Shown: positions 30,122 through 39,424 of the stretch, in pieces
Layout of the letters: each line of letters opens with the position of its first letter
How positions within the stretch are numbered: the first letter of the stretch is position 1
Assembly (NCBI GenBank): GCA_946611605.1
Contig: CAMODU010000003.1
Coordinates: 1-51,438 of the forward strand
Length of the DNA stretch: 51,438 bases
Direction of reading: 5' to 3'
DNA from: an uncultured bacterium
Lineage (GTDB): Bacteria; Bacillota_I; Bacilli_A; RF39; UBA660
The notes under the pieces: generated by a model
The model's input: the letters and a program-made list of their open reading frames with translations, nothing else
The model's database searches: none
What the model was told of the DNA's origin: nothing
Translations under genes and position numbers: made by a program

Positions 30122-31916
30122 CTACTTCACCTTCTTTATTTAATTCAATGAATTTATCTAACATTGAATCAAAATAATTAATAGCTTTAATATACACATC
30201 CTTATCAGTTATATCAATACCTAATGTATTAAATATTTCTATATTATCTTTATCAGCACCTGTTGATAAGAATTTAATATAATTATCTAACATCTCTTTA
30301 TTACCATTTAATATTTCACTTGCTACATATGAAGCAACTGAAATACATATAGAATATGCATATAAATAATAATTCATATAATAATGACTTCTTGAAGTCC
30401 ATGAAAGACCATAATATTTGTCTTTATTAACTACATCTCCATAGTATTTATCAATAGATTTCTTAGTTAAATCTACCATATAATCTTTTGTAATAGTATT
30501 ACCTTCATTAACATAATTATAGAAGTCTTGTTCCATCTTGCCTTCTCTTACTGCACCAAATAAGTTAGATACTATTACATCAAGTATATTTTCTATACCT
30601 TTAAGTTTTTCTTTATTATTTTTTCCATTTATTGCTAAATAAGATGATAATAAACATTCATTAGTTAAAGACGCTACTTCACTTACTAATGATGATACAT
30701 TTCTATATTGTATTGGATTATTTTCACATACATATTGATGATGTACGTTATGACCACCTTCATGAGCAATAGTAGATACAGAAGATAAGTCATAGTTATA
30801 ACTCATTAATATGCGTGAATCAAAATCTAAACCAGATATAGAATATCCTCCAGAACATTTTCCAGGATATTGAGCATAATCTATATAATGATTATCAAAT
30901 ATTTTTTTAAAGTGATTATAATAATCTTCTCCTAATGGTTTAATAGCATTTAAACATAATTCTTGTGCTTCTTCAATACTATATTCTTTATCTAATTTAA
31001 CCATTTCTAGATTCAAATCACACATATCTAATACATCTAAATTCTTTGTATCTTTTAATAATTTAAAATATTTTTGTAATTTATCAAGATTATCTTCAAC
31101 AACAGATACTAATGTAGTATATACTTCATTAGGCATCTTATTATCAAATAACTTAGCGTCCCATGCATCTTTATAATTATGTAACTTAGAATTTGTTATA
31201 TTAGTTTTAACAAAACTATTTAATAAAGTAGCATTCATGACAGCATACTGATCAATTACTTTATTATATTTTTCTCTTACATCTTGTCTTATTGATTTAT
31301 CTTCGTTTTTTAATAATCTTCTAAGATTAGTTTGAGTAATCTTTTCTTCTTCACCATCTATAATTATAGTTCCATAGTCGTGTAAAGAATTTAATAATGT
31401 TTGAGATGCATTTTCATAATTAGGAGATGCAATACATAAATCATTTATAATTATTTCTTTATCTGATGGCAATATATGTTCTTTAGCTCTATAGATATTA
31501 TCTAAGCATTTCTTAAACTCTAATAAGTTAGAATCATCAAATAATTTATCATATTCTTCTTTAGATAATTCCAATAATTCAGGATTAAAGAAAGATATTG
31601 CATTTAAATACTTACCTTCTAATTCTTCAATTTTAGATAATCTATCCATATTTACTGAATTACCTAATTCTTGATCATTTATAACATATGCATATATTGA
31701 TAATCTAAATAATAATGCACATGTATTATTATCCAAATTTAAGAATTCATATAACTTACTAGTATCTTTAGTACATCCTACATATTTAGACAATTCATCT
31801 ATCTTAATAACTAAGTCTTTAAATTTATTATCATATTCTTCTAAACTTGGACAAATATCAGTTAAATCCCATTTATATTTATCAGGTACTTCATTTCTTG
31901 AATTATATTTTTGCAT
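30111..31916 (-). CDS. pepF: Oligoendopeptidase F (M3B)
   Basis: R.EVP.KYKWDL, GKCSGGYS, HEGGH, EVASLTNE. Confidence 0.9.
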   Translation of the reverse strand: MQKYNSRNEVPDKYKWDLTDICPSLEEYDNKFKDLVIKIDELSKYVGCTKDTSKLYEFLNLDNNTCALLFRLSIYAYVINDQELGNSVNMDRLSKIEELEGKYLNAISFFNPELLELSKEEYDKLFDDSNLLEFKKCLDNIYRAKEHILPSDKEIIINDLCIASPNYENASQTLLNSLHDYGTIIIDGEEEKITQTNLRRLLKNEDKSIRQDVREKYNKVIDQYAVMNATLLNSFVKTNITNSKLHNYKDAWDAKLFDNKMPNEVYTTLVSVVEDNLDKLQKYFKLLKDTKNLDVLDMCDLNLEMVKLDKEYSIEEAQELCLNAIKPLGEDYYNHFKKIFDNHYIDYAQYPGKCSGGYSISGLDFDSRILMSYNYDLSSVSTIAHEGGHNVHHQYVCENNPIQYRNVSSLVSEVASLTNECLLSSYLAINGKNNKEKLKGIENILDVIVSNLFGAVREGKMEQDFYNYVNEGNTITKDYMVDLTKKSIDKYYGDVVNKDKYYGLSWTSRSHYYMNYYLYAYSICISVASYVASEILNGNKEMLDNYIKFLSTGADKDNIEIFNTLGIDITDKDVYIKAINYFDSMLDKFIELNKEGEVDGK

Positions 31917-31945
31917 CTATTAACATCCCTTCATATATAGTTATA

Positions 31946-31969
31946 AAAGTTCTAGTTTCCTAGAACTTT
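31946..31969 (-). terminator. Hairpin after dnaK (probable partial terminator or stabiliser)
   Basis: aaagttctag-tttc-ctagaacttt. Confidence 0.6.
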
Positions 31970-31974
31970 ATAAA

Positions 31975-33801
31975 CTACTTCTTGTCTACGAATTCTGCTT
32001 CTTGAGCTTCATCAGATGATGAATCATTAGTTGTTGTTTCATTATTAGCATTCGCATTAGCTCCTGCTTCTTGATATACACGTCCAGCTAATTCCATAGC
32101 TTTATCTTGTAATTCTTTAGTCTTTTCTTTTAATTTATCAATATCTACTTTTTCAGCTTCTAATTCATCTTTAACAGCTTTAATCTTATCTTCGATATCT
32201 TTCTTTTCATCATCTTTTACTTTGTCTCCTAGGTCTCTTATAGCACCTTCAGCAGCAAAGATTGATTGTTCTGCATCATTCTTAGCATCAGCTATTTCTT
32301 TTCTCTTTTCATCTTCTTCTTTATTAGCTTCTGCTTCTTTCATCATCTTATCGATTTCTTCATCAGATAAGTTAGTATTATTAGTAATTGTAATCTTTTG
32401 TTCTTTATTTGTACCTAAATCTTTAGCAGTAACATTAACGATACCATTTGCATCAATATCAAATGTAACTTCAATTTGAGGTACACCACGTCTTGCTGGT
32501 GGAATATCTGTTAATTGGAATCTTCCTAATGTCTTGTTATCAGCAGCCATTGGTCTTTCACCTTGTAATACATGTACATCAACAGCTGGTTGATTATCTT
32601 CAGCAGTTGAGAATACTTGTGAATGTTTATGTGGAATTGGTGTATTTCTTTCAATTAACTTAGTCATTACACCACCAAGTGTTTCAATACCTAATGATAA
32701 TGGAGTTACATCAACTAGTACTAAGTCATTAACTTCACCAGTTAATACACCACCTTGAATAGCAGCACCCATAGCAACTACTTCATCAGGGTTAACAGAC
32801 TTGTTAGGTTCTTTTCCTAATTCCTTCTTAACTAATTCTTGAATATATGGGATTCTTGTAGATCCACCAACAAGAACTACTTGATCAATATCAGATGTTT
32901 TTAATTTTGCATCTTTTAACGCTTGTCTTACTTGATTTAATGTAGAATCAAATAAATCTTTATTTAAATCTTCAAATTTAGCTTTTGATAATTCAGTTTC
33001 GAAGTTAACAGGAGCTCCATCAACTTGTCCAATGAATGGTAAACTAATAGTTGTAGATGATGCTTGAGATAATGCTTTCTTAGCCTTTTCAGCTTCATCT
33101 TTAATTCTTTGCATTGCAGTTGTATCATTCTTAACATCTGCATTAGTTTCTTTCTTAATTTCTTCAACTATCCAATCAGATACTCTCTTATCGAAGTCAT
33201 CTCCACCTAATTTATTATTACCAGCAGTAGATTTAACTTCAAATACACCATCACCTAATTCAAGGATAGATACATCGAATGTTCCACCACCTAAATCATA
33301 TACTAAAATAGTTTGAGATTTATCTTGTTTATCTAAACCATATGCAAGTGATGCTGCAGTTGGTTCATTTACAATTCTATCAACTTCTAATCCTGCAATC
33401 TTACCTGCATTTTTAGTAGCTTGTCTTTGAGCATCATTGAAATATGCTGGAACAGTAATAACTGCTTTAGTGACAGTTTCACCTAAATAAGCTTCAGCAT
33501 CCTTCTTAATTTTACCTAAGATCATAGCTGAGATTTCTTCTGGTGTATATTCTTTACCATTAGCTTTAACTTTTTCACCAGATCCCATTAATCTTTTAAT
33601 AGATGCTATTGTATTATCAGCATTTGTAATAGCTTGTCTTTTTGCTTGAGCACCTACAAGGATTTCATCTCCTTTAAATGCTACAACAGATGGAGTTGTT
33701 CTTTCTCCTTCAGCATTAGCTATAACTACAGGAGAACCTCCTTCTAATACTGAACAACATGAGTTAGTTGTTCCTAAATCTATACCAATTATTTTTGCCA
33801 T
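31975..33801 (-). CDS. dnaK: Chaperone DnaK
   Basis: [28 protein letters not shown]. Confidence 0.99.
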   Translation of the reverse strand: MAKIIGIDLGTTNSCCSVLEGGSPVVIANAEGERTTPSVVAFKGDEILVGAQAKRQAITNADNTIASIKRLMGSGEKVKANGKEYTPEEISAMILGKIKKDAEAYLGETVTKAVITVPAYFNDAQRQATKNAGKIAGLEVDRIVNEPTAASLAYGLDKQDKSQTILVYDLGGGTFDVSILELGDGVFEVKSTAGNNKLGGDDFDKRVSDWIVEEIKKETNADVKNDTTAMQRIKDEAEKAKKALSQASSTTISLPFIGQVDGAPVNFETELSKAKFEDLNKDLFDSTLNQVRQALKDAKLKTSDIDQVVLVGGSTRIPYIQELVKKELGKEPNKSVNPDEVVAMGAAIQGGVLTGEVNDLVLVDVTPLSLGIETLGGVMTKLIERNTPIPHKHSQVFSTAEDNQPAVDVHVLQGERPMAADNKTLGRFQLTDIPPARRGVPQIEVTFDIDANGIVNVTAKDLGTNKEQKITITNNTNLSDEEIDKMMKEAEANKEEDEKRKEIADAKNDAEQSIFAAEGAIRDLGDKVKDDEKKDIEDKIKAVKDELEAEKVDIDKLKEKTKELQDKAMELAGRVYQEAGANANANNETTTNDSSSDEAQEAEFVDKK

Positions 33802-33818
33802 ATATATTACTTCCTTTC

Positions 33819-34352
33819 TTATTCTGATACTTTAACCATGGCAGGTCTAAGTAACTTATCTTTATAAATATATCCTTTTTGTAATACTTCTAATACCATA
33901 TTACTATTTACACCATCTTGCTTTTCAGTAGCAACAGCTTGGTGTATAGCTGGATCAAATTCTACATCTTTTTGATCAATTACTTTAACTTGTTTATTAT
34001 CTAATACTTCAACAAGTTTCTTATATATCATTTTAAAACCATCTAAGAATACTTTATTATCTTCATTTTCCATAGATAAAGCTCTTTCAAAGTTATCTAT
34101 TATAGGTAATAAAGATTTAATTAACTCCTCACCTTCATATTTTAATAGCTTTTGAATATCTTCTTCTCTATGTCTTTGAATGTTTTGAAGTTCAGCATTT
34201 AATCTAAGAACTTTTTCTTGTTCGTTAGCAATAGCTTCTTCTAATAATTTATTCTTTTCTTCTAATAGTTTTTCTTTCTTATTTTCTTTTTTATGATGTT
34301 TTTCTTCCTTAACAACTTCTTGTTGTTCTTCTTGTTTTACTTTTTCTTCCAT
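33819..34352 (-). CDS. grpE: Nucleotide exchange factor GrpE
   Basis: [36 protein letters not shown]. Confidence 0.97.
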   Translation of the reverse strand: MEEKVKQEEQQEVVKEEKHHKKENKKEKLLEEKNKLLEEAIANEQEKVLRLNAELQNIQRHREEDIQKLLKYEGEELIKSLLPIIDNFERALSMENEDNKVFLDGFKMIYKKLVEVLDNKQVKVIDQKDVEFDPAIHQAVATEKQDGVNSNMVLEVLQKGYIYKDKLLRPAMVKVSE

Positions 34353-34361
34353 TTACTTCAC

Positions 34362-35372
34362 CTATTTATCTAAATATTGTTTAAGGAAATTTAATAAACT
34401 AACAACTTTATCATATTCCATTCTTTTAGGGCCTATGATTGCTAAAGTTCCTTCTTCATTTCCTACATGATAATGAGTCTTGATAATAGTTACATCTTTA
34501 TCAAATTCTGTTTCATCACCAATATAAACATTAATACCATCATCATCAGTTCTAATCTTTTGAACTAATTCATTATTTTCTAATTTAGATACCATTTCTT
34601 TTATCTTATTTGTATCATCATATTCTTTATAATCTAACAAATTAGTTTTACCTTTAAATACCACATCTGCATTGTCTACAGCAAAATCTCTAAATGCTGA
34701 TGAGAAGAAATTACATACTTCTTCATATCTATTAATAACTTCTTTAATCATTGGTTTAATATCTAACTCTAATCTTTCATTTACTTTATCAATTGGAGTT
34801 CCTATTAAAGCTTTATTAATGATTTCTGATGCTTGTATTAATTCTTTAAGATCTATATCCTCTTCTACATTTACTTGTTTATTTTCTACATCACCTTGAT
34901 TAGTTACAAGTACAGCAACAACTTTTTTATAACCATTTTCATTAGGACTTGAATCTAATGGAATAATACTTATTTGTTTTAATGTCGCATTCTTAGATGA
35001 ATCACCTATAACAACAGATGTATAATGAGTAATATCACTTATTATTTCCATACACTTATTAATAGCATCAGATACAACTAAACTATTATTATTTAATATA
35101 GTTTGTAGTTTTAATACTTCTTCACCATTCATTTCTTTAGGCTTCATTAAATTATCTACATAGTATTTATAACCCATCTCAGAAGGTATTCTACCACTTG
35201 ATGTATGTTCTTTTTCTATATAACCAAGTTTCTCTAATTCAGCCATATCATTACGTATAGTTGCACTTGATACACCAAACTTATCCATTAAGGATTTAGA
35301 ACTAACTGGTTTAAAATTAGATATGTAATTTTCAACTATGTCTTTTAATATCTCAGTTTGTCTAGAATTCAT
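34362..35372 (-). CDS. hrcA: Heat-inducible repressor HrcA
   Basis: SSATIRNDM..LE..G, HTSSGRIPS, IIGPKRMEY. Start at MNSRQ. Confidence 0.97.
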   Translation of the reverse strand: MNSRQTEILKDIVENYISNFKPVSSKSLMDKFGVSSATIRNDMAELEKLGYIEKEHTSSGRIPSEMGYKYYVDNLMKPKEMNGEEVLKLQTILNNNSLVVSDAINKCMEIISDITHYTSVVIGDSSKNATLKQISIIPLDSSPNENGYKKVVAVLVTNQGDVENKQVNVEEDIDLKELIQASEIINKALIGTPIDKVNERLELDIKPMIKEVINRYEEVCNFFSSAFRDFAVDNADVVFKGKTNLLDYKEYDDTNKIKEMVSKLENNELVQKIRTDDDGINVYIGDETEFDKDVTIIKTHYHVGNEEGTLAIIGPKRMEYDKVVSLLNFLKQYLDK

Positions 35373-35383
35373 ATCATCACTCC

Positions 35384-35410
35384 CTGGCACTCCTTTTCCA
35401 TCAGTGCTAA
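35384..35410. promoter_or_regulatory. CIRCE element 1 (hrcA)
   Basis: CTGGCACTC-N9-CAGTGCTAA vs consensus TTAGCACTC-N9-GAGTGCTAA. Confidence 0.88.
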
Positions 35411-35414
35411 TAAT

Positions 35415-35456
35415 AATATAAAACTAAAATTAGCACTTGTCAATAGGTATTGCTAA
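35415..35456 (-). promoter_or_regulatory. CIRCE element 2 (35430-35456) overlapping the hrcA promoter TTGACA-17-TATATT
   Basis: TTAGCACTT-N9-TATTGCTAA; -35 at 35438-35443, -10 at 35415-35420. Confidence 0.85.
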
Positions 35457-35493
35457 TTTATATAAAAATATGTAAATAAAAAAGAGAAACTTT

Positions 35494-35787
35494 TTAAGTT
35501 TCTCCTTCTTGTACCATATCATCATATTCACCAGATATAATCTTTTCAGATATTTTATCTTTAAATAATTGTACTAAATAGTCATATTCTTCTTTAACAT
35601 TAACATCTTTAAGATATTCACCATCTTCAGCATTAATTGCTTCATAGATTATATATTCATTTGTTGGAGTTTCATCTTCTAGTACTCTAACAGCATATAC
35701 AAATCTTCTTGAATTCATTTCAACTTCTTCAAGTAATAAATAATCCTTTTGATTCTCTAATGTTACAATATTTCCTAACTCTATCAT
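35494..35787 (-). CDS. Small acidic protein (DUF1292-like)
   Basis: 97 aa; pattern IVTLEN.KDY.LL..V....YA; GGAGG RBS overlapping the upstream stop. Confidence 0.55.
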   Translation of the reverse strand: MIELGNIVTLENQKDYLLLEEVEMNSRRFVYAVRVLEDETPTNEYIIYEAINAEDGEYLKDVNVKEEYDYLVQLFKDKISEKIISGEYDDMVQEGET

Positions 35788-35796
35788 ATTAACCTC

Positions 35797-38700
35797 CTAT
35801 TTTACTCTTTGTGATGTATATCTATCCCATGCAGCTTCAAAATCTTCTTCTTTATATTGAGGATTAGCTTGCATTAATACTAATAAATCATCATATGGAC
35901 ACATTAATTGTTCCCCAAATTCAGATATAATTTGTTGAATTACATCTTCTGGATCTTTCTTCATAGCAGGAATTGTTATTTCCATACCAGAAGTAGTATT
36001 TCTATTAGTTATGTATCCATTTATGTTTTCAAATCCCTCAGGTAAGATAATTGATTCAGGTGATTCAGTATGAATATAGAATCCTCTTACATCTTCATTA
36101 TTATCTTCAATGATATCTTTTGCAATACCAGGATTTAATTCAATCAATTTTTGTTTGAATGATTCATATGTGTAATTAGTATCGACATCATCTATTTGTT
36201 TTTGTAAACCTGCAATAACACTTTGAAGATCTTCTTTAGTCATTTCTTCTTCATCTTCTTGTTCTTCAGGTTCTTCTACATATGAACTATCATCTAGCCA
36301 TTCATGACTTCCAACAGATTCAAACTTAGTTATATCTTTAACTAATTCATATTCTGCATTTTCTTTTTCAGTATTCATGTAGAAGTTTTCTACATCTTTC
36401 TTTTTATTATAAATAAATGCATTTTCTAAGTTATCTACTGTAACTTGAGGAATATCATGTCTCTTAGCATTAAACTTTTCATCTAACGCTTCTTGGAACC
36501 ATCCTTTAGCTTGATCATCTAATTGTAATCCATCTTGAGTTCTAGCTTCAATTTTTTCATCACCAAAGAATAATTTAATATTATAATCAGAGGCTAATCT
36601 CTTTAATTTATGTTTAGTAGCAGCTCTTCTTATATTATCGAAGTTATATGATAATACGAATCCTGCTCCAACTATACCAGATAATATAGCTGATTTAGCA
36701 TCATTTCTTACATTATTTAATAATAATGATGCAGCACCAAATAATCCAACTGTACCTAATGTCCAACCAATATTAGCAGGTTTTCTAGAAGATACAACTT
36801 TATATGATTGTGCTTCTTCTTGTTCTTCAAGTTCTTCTTCAACTACTTCTTCTTGTACTGGAGTAACCTTATCAGAAACATCTTCACCATAGATCATATC
36901 TATTCCTTCTGGTTTTTCATATGATTCTGCTTCTTTATTATCATTTTCTAAAGAATTTCCATATATCATATCAATACCTTCAGGTTTTTCATATGGTTCA
37001 GTTTCTTTATTATCACTTTCTAATGATTCACCATATATTAAATCAACATCTTCTCTTCCAGAAGTTTCTTTAACAACATCTGATTTAGGTTCATTTGTTA
37101 AATCTTCACCATAAATCATATCTAACTCAGGTGCTTCATCAGCTTGAGTTGCTTTTCTAGTTAACTCTTCATCAATACTTTTCTTATATGGATTATATTG
37201 ATCTAAATTAATTTCATCCTTTTGTTCAATACCAATTGGTAATTTAGGAGGAAGTATTAAATCATCAGTTTTAGTTTCTACTAATGATTCATCTACTTCT
37301 TTAGCACTCTTTTCTTCATCTAATATTTTATTTGCTTCTTCAGTAATATCACTTATAGTTTCTTCAACAATTTCATCAGGTGTCTTTTGAACTTCTACTT
37401 CAGGTTCTTCAACATCTATAACTGTTGCAGGTCTACTATCTATTACTTTTAATCTATTAGATAAATCAGTATATTCTTCAATTAACTTATCATCTTCATG
37501 TGTTTCTAATCCATTTTCTTGATGTGTTCTAAAACTCATTTCAGATTCTAATTCATTCATACGAGATACTATTTCATCTCTAGATAGATCAGTAGTAACT
37601 TCTCTATCTTGATTATTTTCTTCATCTAGATTTCTTAATCTATCTTTAATATCTCTATATTCTTCTAGTAATGTATCATCTTCATGTGTTTCTAGTCCAT
37701 TTTCTTGATGTGTTCTATAAGCCATCTCTGATTCAATTTCTCTTAATCTATCTTCTAAATCAGATTTATTATAACTAGCATATTTATCTAATGTCTTAGT
37801 TAATACTTTTTCATCAGTTGTAGTTTGTACAGCATCTTGAACTGGAGCATTAACTTGGGCATTATTTTTCTTAATTATATCTTTAAATAATTTATATACA
37901 TTAGTACCAAAATCTTTAATAGGCATTACATATTCTTCACCATCAAGTACAACTTCAACGTTAGAAGCCATTATTTCATAATAATCTCTATCTTCTAAGT
38001 TTTCAGTTACACTATCAATAAATCCATGTAATAAATCATTCAAATCATCTTTAGTAACATCATATAAATCAAATTTATATTCATCATCTACTGATTTACT
38101 CTTATCTTTATCTTCAGTATAGTTAGCATATTTCTTTCTTAATTCTTCATCAATAATAGATAATAATGGAGTTATTGAAGTAGATACTTCATTTCCATTT
38201 CTTTCTAACTCAACTGATACAACAATATCACCTTTAACAGGTTTTTCATTAAATAACTTACCAGTTATTTCATTAATTCTCTTTAATTTACTTTCAAAGA
38301 ATGATAAGAAACTTTCATGTACTTCTAATTCTTTTTCAGCTTCAACTTTATAATTAGCTTGATTATTTTCTTCATAATAATCAATATCATTAGATAAGCT
38401 ATCTACTTCATTTAATGAATGATTATATAACCATCTAAGATCAGTTACTGCAGATCTTACTCTATCAAAATAATCTTTAATCTTTTCTTTAGTATATTCT
38501 ACTTTACCTTCATAGAATTCATTAGTTTCTTCTATTGGAGTAGCCTTAGCATTAGTAAAGTCATATCTAGCATAATAATCAGTTAAGAATGCTTGATAAT
38601 CTTCATTAGATTCATAAGGTCCTTGAAGTCTAGGTTTTCTAACATTAGTATTAGCAAAGTATTCAATTGGTTCTAAATAATCATGTTCATCATTATTAGA

Positions 38701-39309
38701 TTCAACTAAAGGAACTTCATCTAACATCTTCTTAGCTTCTTCAATTTCTTCATCACTCATACCAGTATAGTTATATTCAATAACTTCTTCTTTAGCAGGT
38801 GATTTATCAATCTTAAATTGATTTAAAGCTTTAGCAAATATATTTAATTCATTTATAGAATCTTTTCTTACTTTCTTTACTTCTTCTTCTTTTAAATCAC
38901 CATTTAATACACGATTACCAACATGAGCAACCATTTCATCAAAATCTTTATTTAATTTAATAATTTTAATTCTATATTCTTTATATTGATCTACATACTT
39001 ACATCTTTTAGCACGAGCTTCAAGCTTACCAACTACTTCTTCTCTTTTTGCTTCTATTTCATCAACAGTTGCTTCTAACGATAAATCATAGTCAGTTAGT
39101 AGTTTATCATATTTAGAATAGTTATCTTGTTTAAGAACAAATTCTTGAAGACTTCTAAATAAATCTTTGAATTCTTCATTATGTCTTAAATCACCATCAA
39201 AATTTACTAAAATGTCTAATGATTCTAGTAATTCTTCTTTTCTTTCATCAGTAATATTATCTATTCTATTAATAATATTCTTTAAGCTTTCTATTGTTGT
39301 TTCATTCAT
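35797..39309 (-). CDS. Large acidic repeat-containing protein with a TM hairpin
   Basis: ~1170 aa with two internal repeat families and a hydrophobic hairpin IGWTLG...GFVLSY. Start MNETT after GGTGGAG. Confidence 0.8.
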   Translation of the reverse strand: MNETTIESLKNIINRIDNITDERKEELLESLDILVNFDGDLRHNEEFKDLFRSLQEFVLKQDNYSKYDKLLTDYDLSLEATVDEIEAKREEVVGKLEARAKRCKYVDQYKEYRIKIIKLNKDFDEMVAHVGNRVLNGDLKEEEVKKVRKDSINELNIFAKALNQFKIDKSPAKEEVIEYNYTGMSDEEIEEAKKMLDEVPLVESNNDEHDYLEPIEYFANTNVRKPRLQGPYESNEDYQAFLTDYYARYDFTNAKATPIEETNEFYEGKVEYTKEKIKDYFDRVRSAVTDLRWLYNHSLNEVDSLSNDIDYYEENNQANYKVEAEKELEVHESFLSFFESKLKRINEITGKLFNEKPVKGDIVVSVELERNGNEVSTSITPLLSIIDEELRKKYANYTEDKDKSKSVDDEYKFDLYDVTKDDLNDLLHGFIDSVTENLEDRDYYEIMASNVEVVLDGEEYVMPIKDFGTNVYKLFKDIIKKNNAQVNAPVQDAVQTTTDEKVLTKTLDKYASYNKSDLEDRLREIESEMAYRTHQENGLETHEDDTLLEEYRDIKDRLRNLDEENNQDREVTTDLSRDEIVSRMNELESEMSFRTHQENGLETHEDDKLIEEYTDLSNRLKVIDSRPATVIDVEEPEVEVQKTPDEIVEETISDITEEANKILDEEKSAKEVDESLVETKTDDLILPPKLPIGIEQKDEINLDQYNPYKKSIDEELTRKATQADEAPELDMIYGEDLTNEPKSDVVKETSGREDVDLIYGESLESDNKETEPYEKPEGIDMIYGNSLENDNKEAESYEKPEGIDMIYGEDVSDKVTPVQEEVVEEELEEQEEAQSYKVVSSRKPANIGWTLGTVGLFGAASLLLNNVRNDAKSAILSGIVGAGFVLSYNFDNIRRAATKHKLKRLASDYNIKLFFGDEKIEARTQDGLQLDDQAKGWFQEALDEKFNAKRHDIPQVTVDNLENAFIYNKKKDVENFYMNTEKENAEYELVKDITKFESVGSHEWLDDSSYVEEPEEQEDEEEMTKEDLQSVIAGLQKQIDDVDTNYTYESFKQKLIELNPGIAKDIIEDNNEDVRGFYIHTESPESIILPEGFENINGYITNRNTTSGMEITIPAMKKDPEDVIQQIISEFGEQLMCPYDDLLVLMQANPQYKEEDFEAAWDRYTSQRVK
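36870..37135 (-). repeat. Four degenerate 24-26 aa repeats (..PEGIDMIYG..)
   Basis: YG codons recur at 36887, 36959, 37031 and 37109 (periods 72, 72, 78 nt). Confidence 0.9.
37489..37717 (-). repeat. Two copies of a 62-aa unit with core RTHQENGLETHEDD
   Basis: 43-nt cores at 37489-37531 and 37675-37717 match at 42/43; period 186 nt. Confidence 0.92.
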
Positions 39310-39424
39310 GTAAATCTCCACCTTTTTATACTTATTATAATAATAAGCAAACTATTCTAACATACACATTAATTTTAACATAAAAACAAGTTGTTTGTAT
39401 ATACATTTTTATAAGAAAAAAGCA

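Noticed and set aside
36870-37717. Periodic repeats as a CRISPR array
   Set aside because: Periods are multiples of 3, the repeats are degenerate at synonymous sites and lie in a coding frame, and no cas genes are present.
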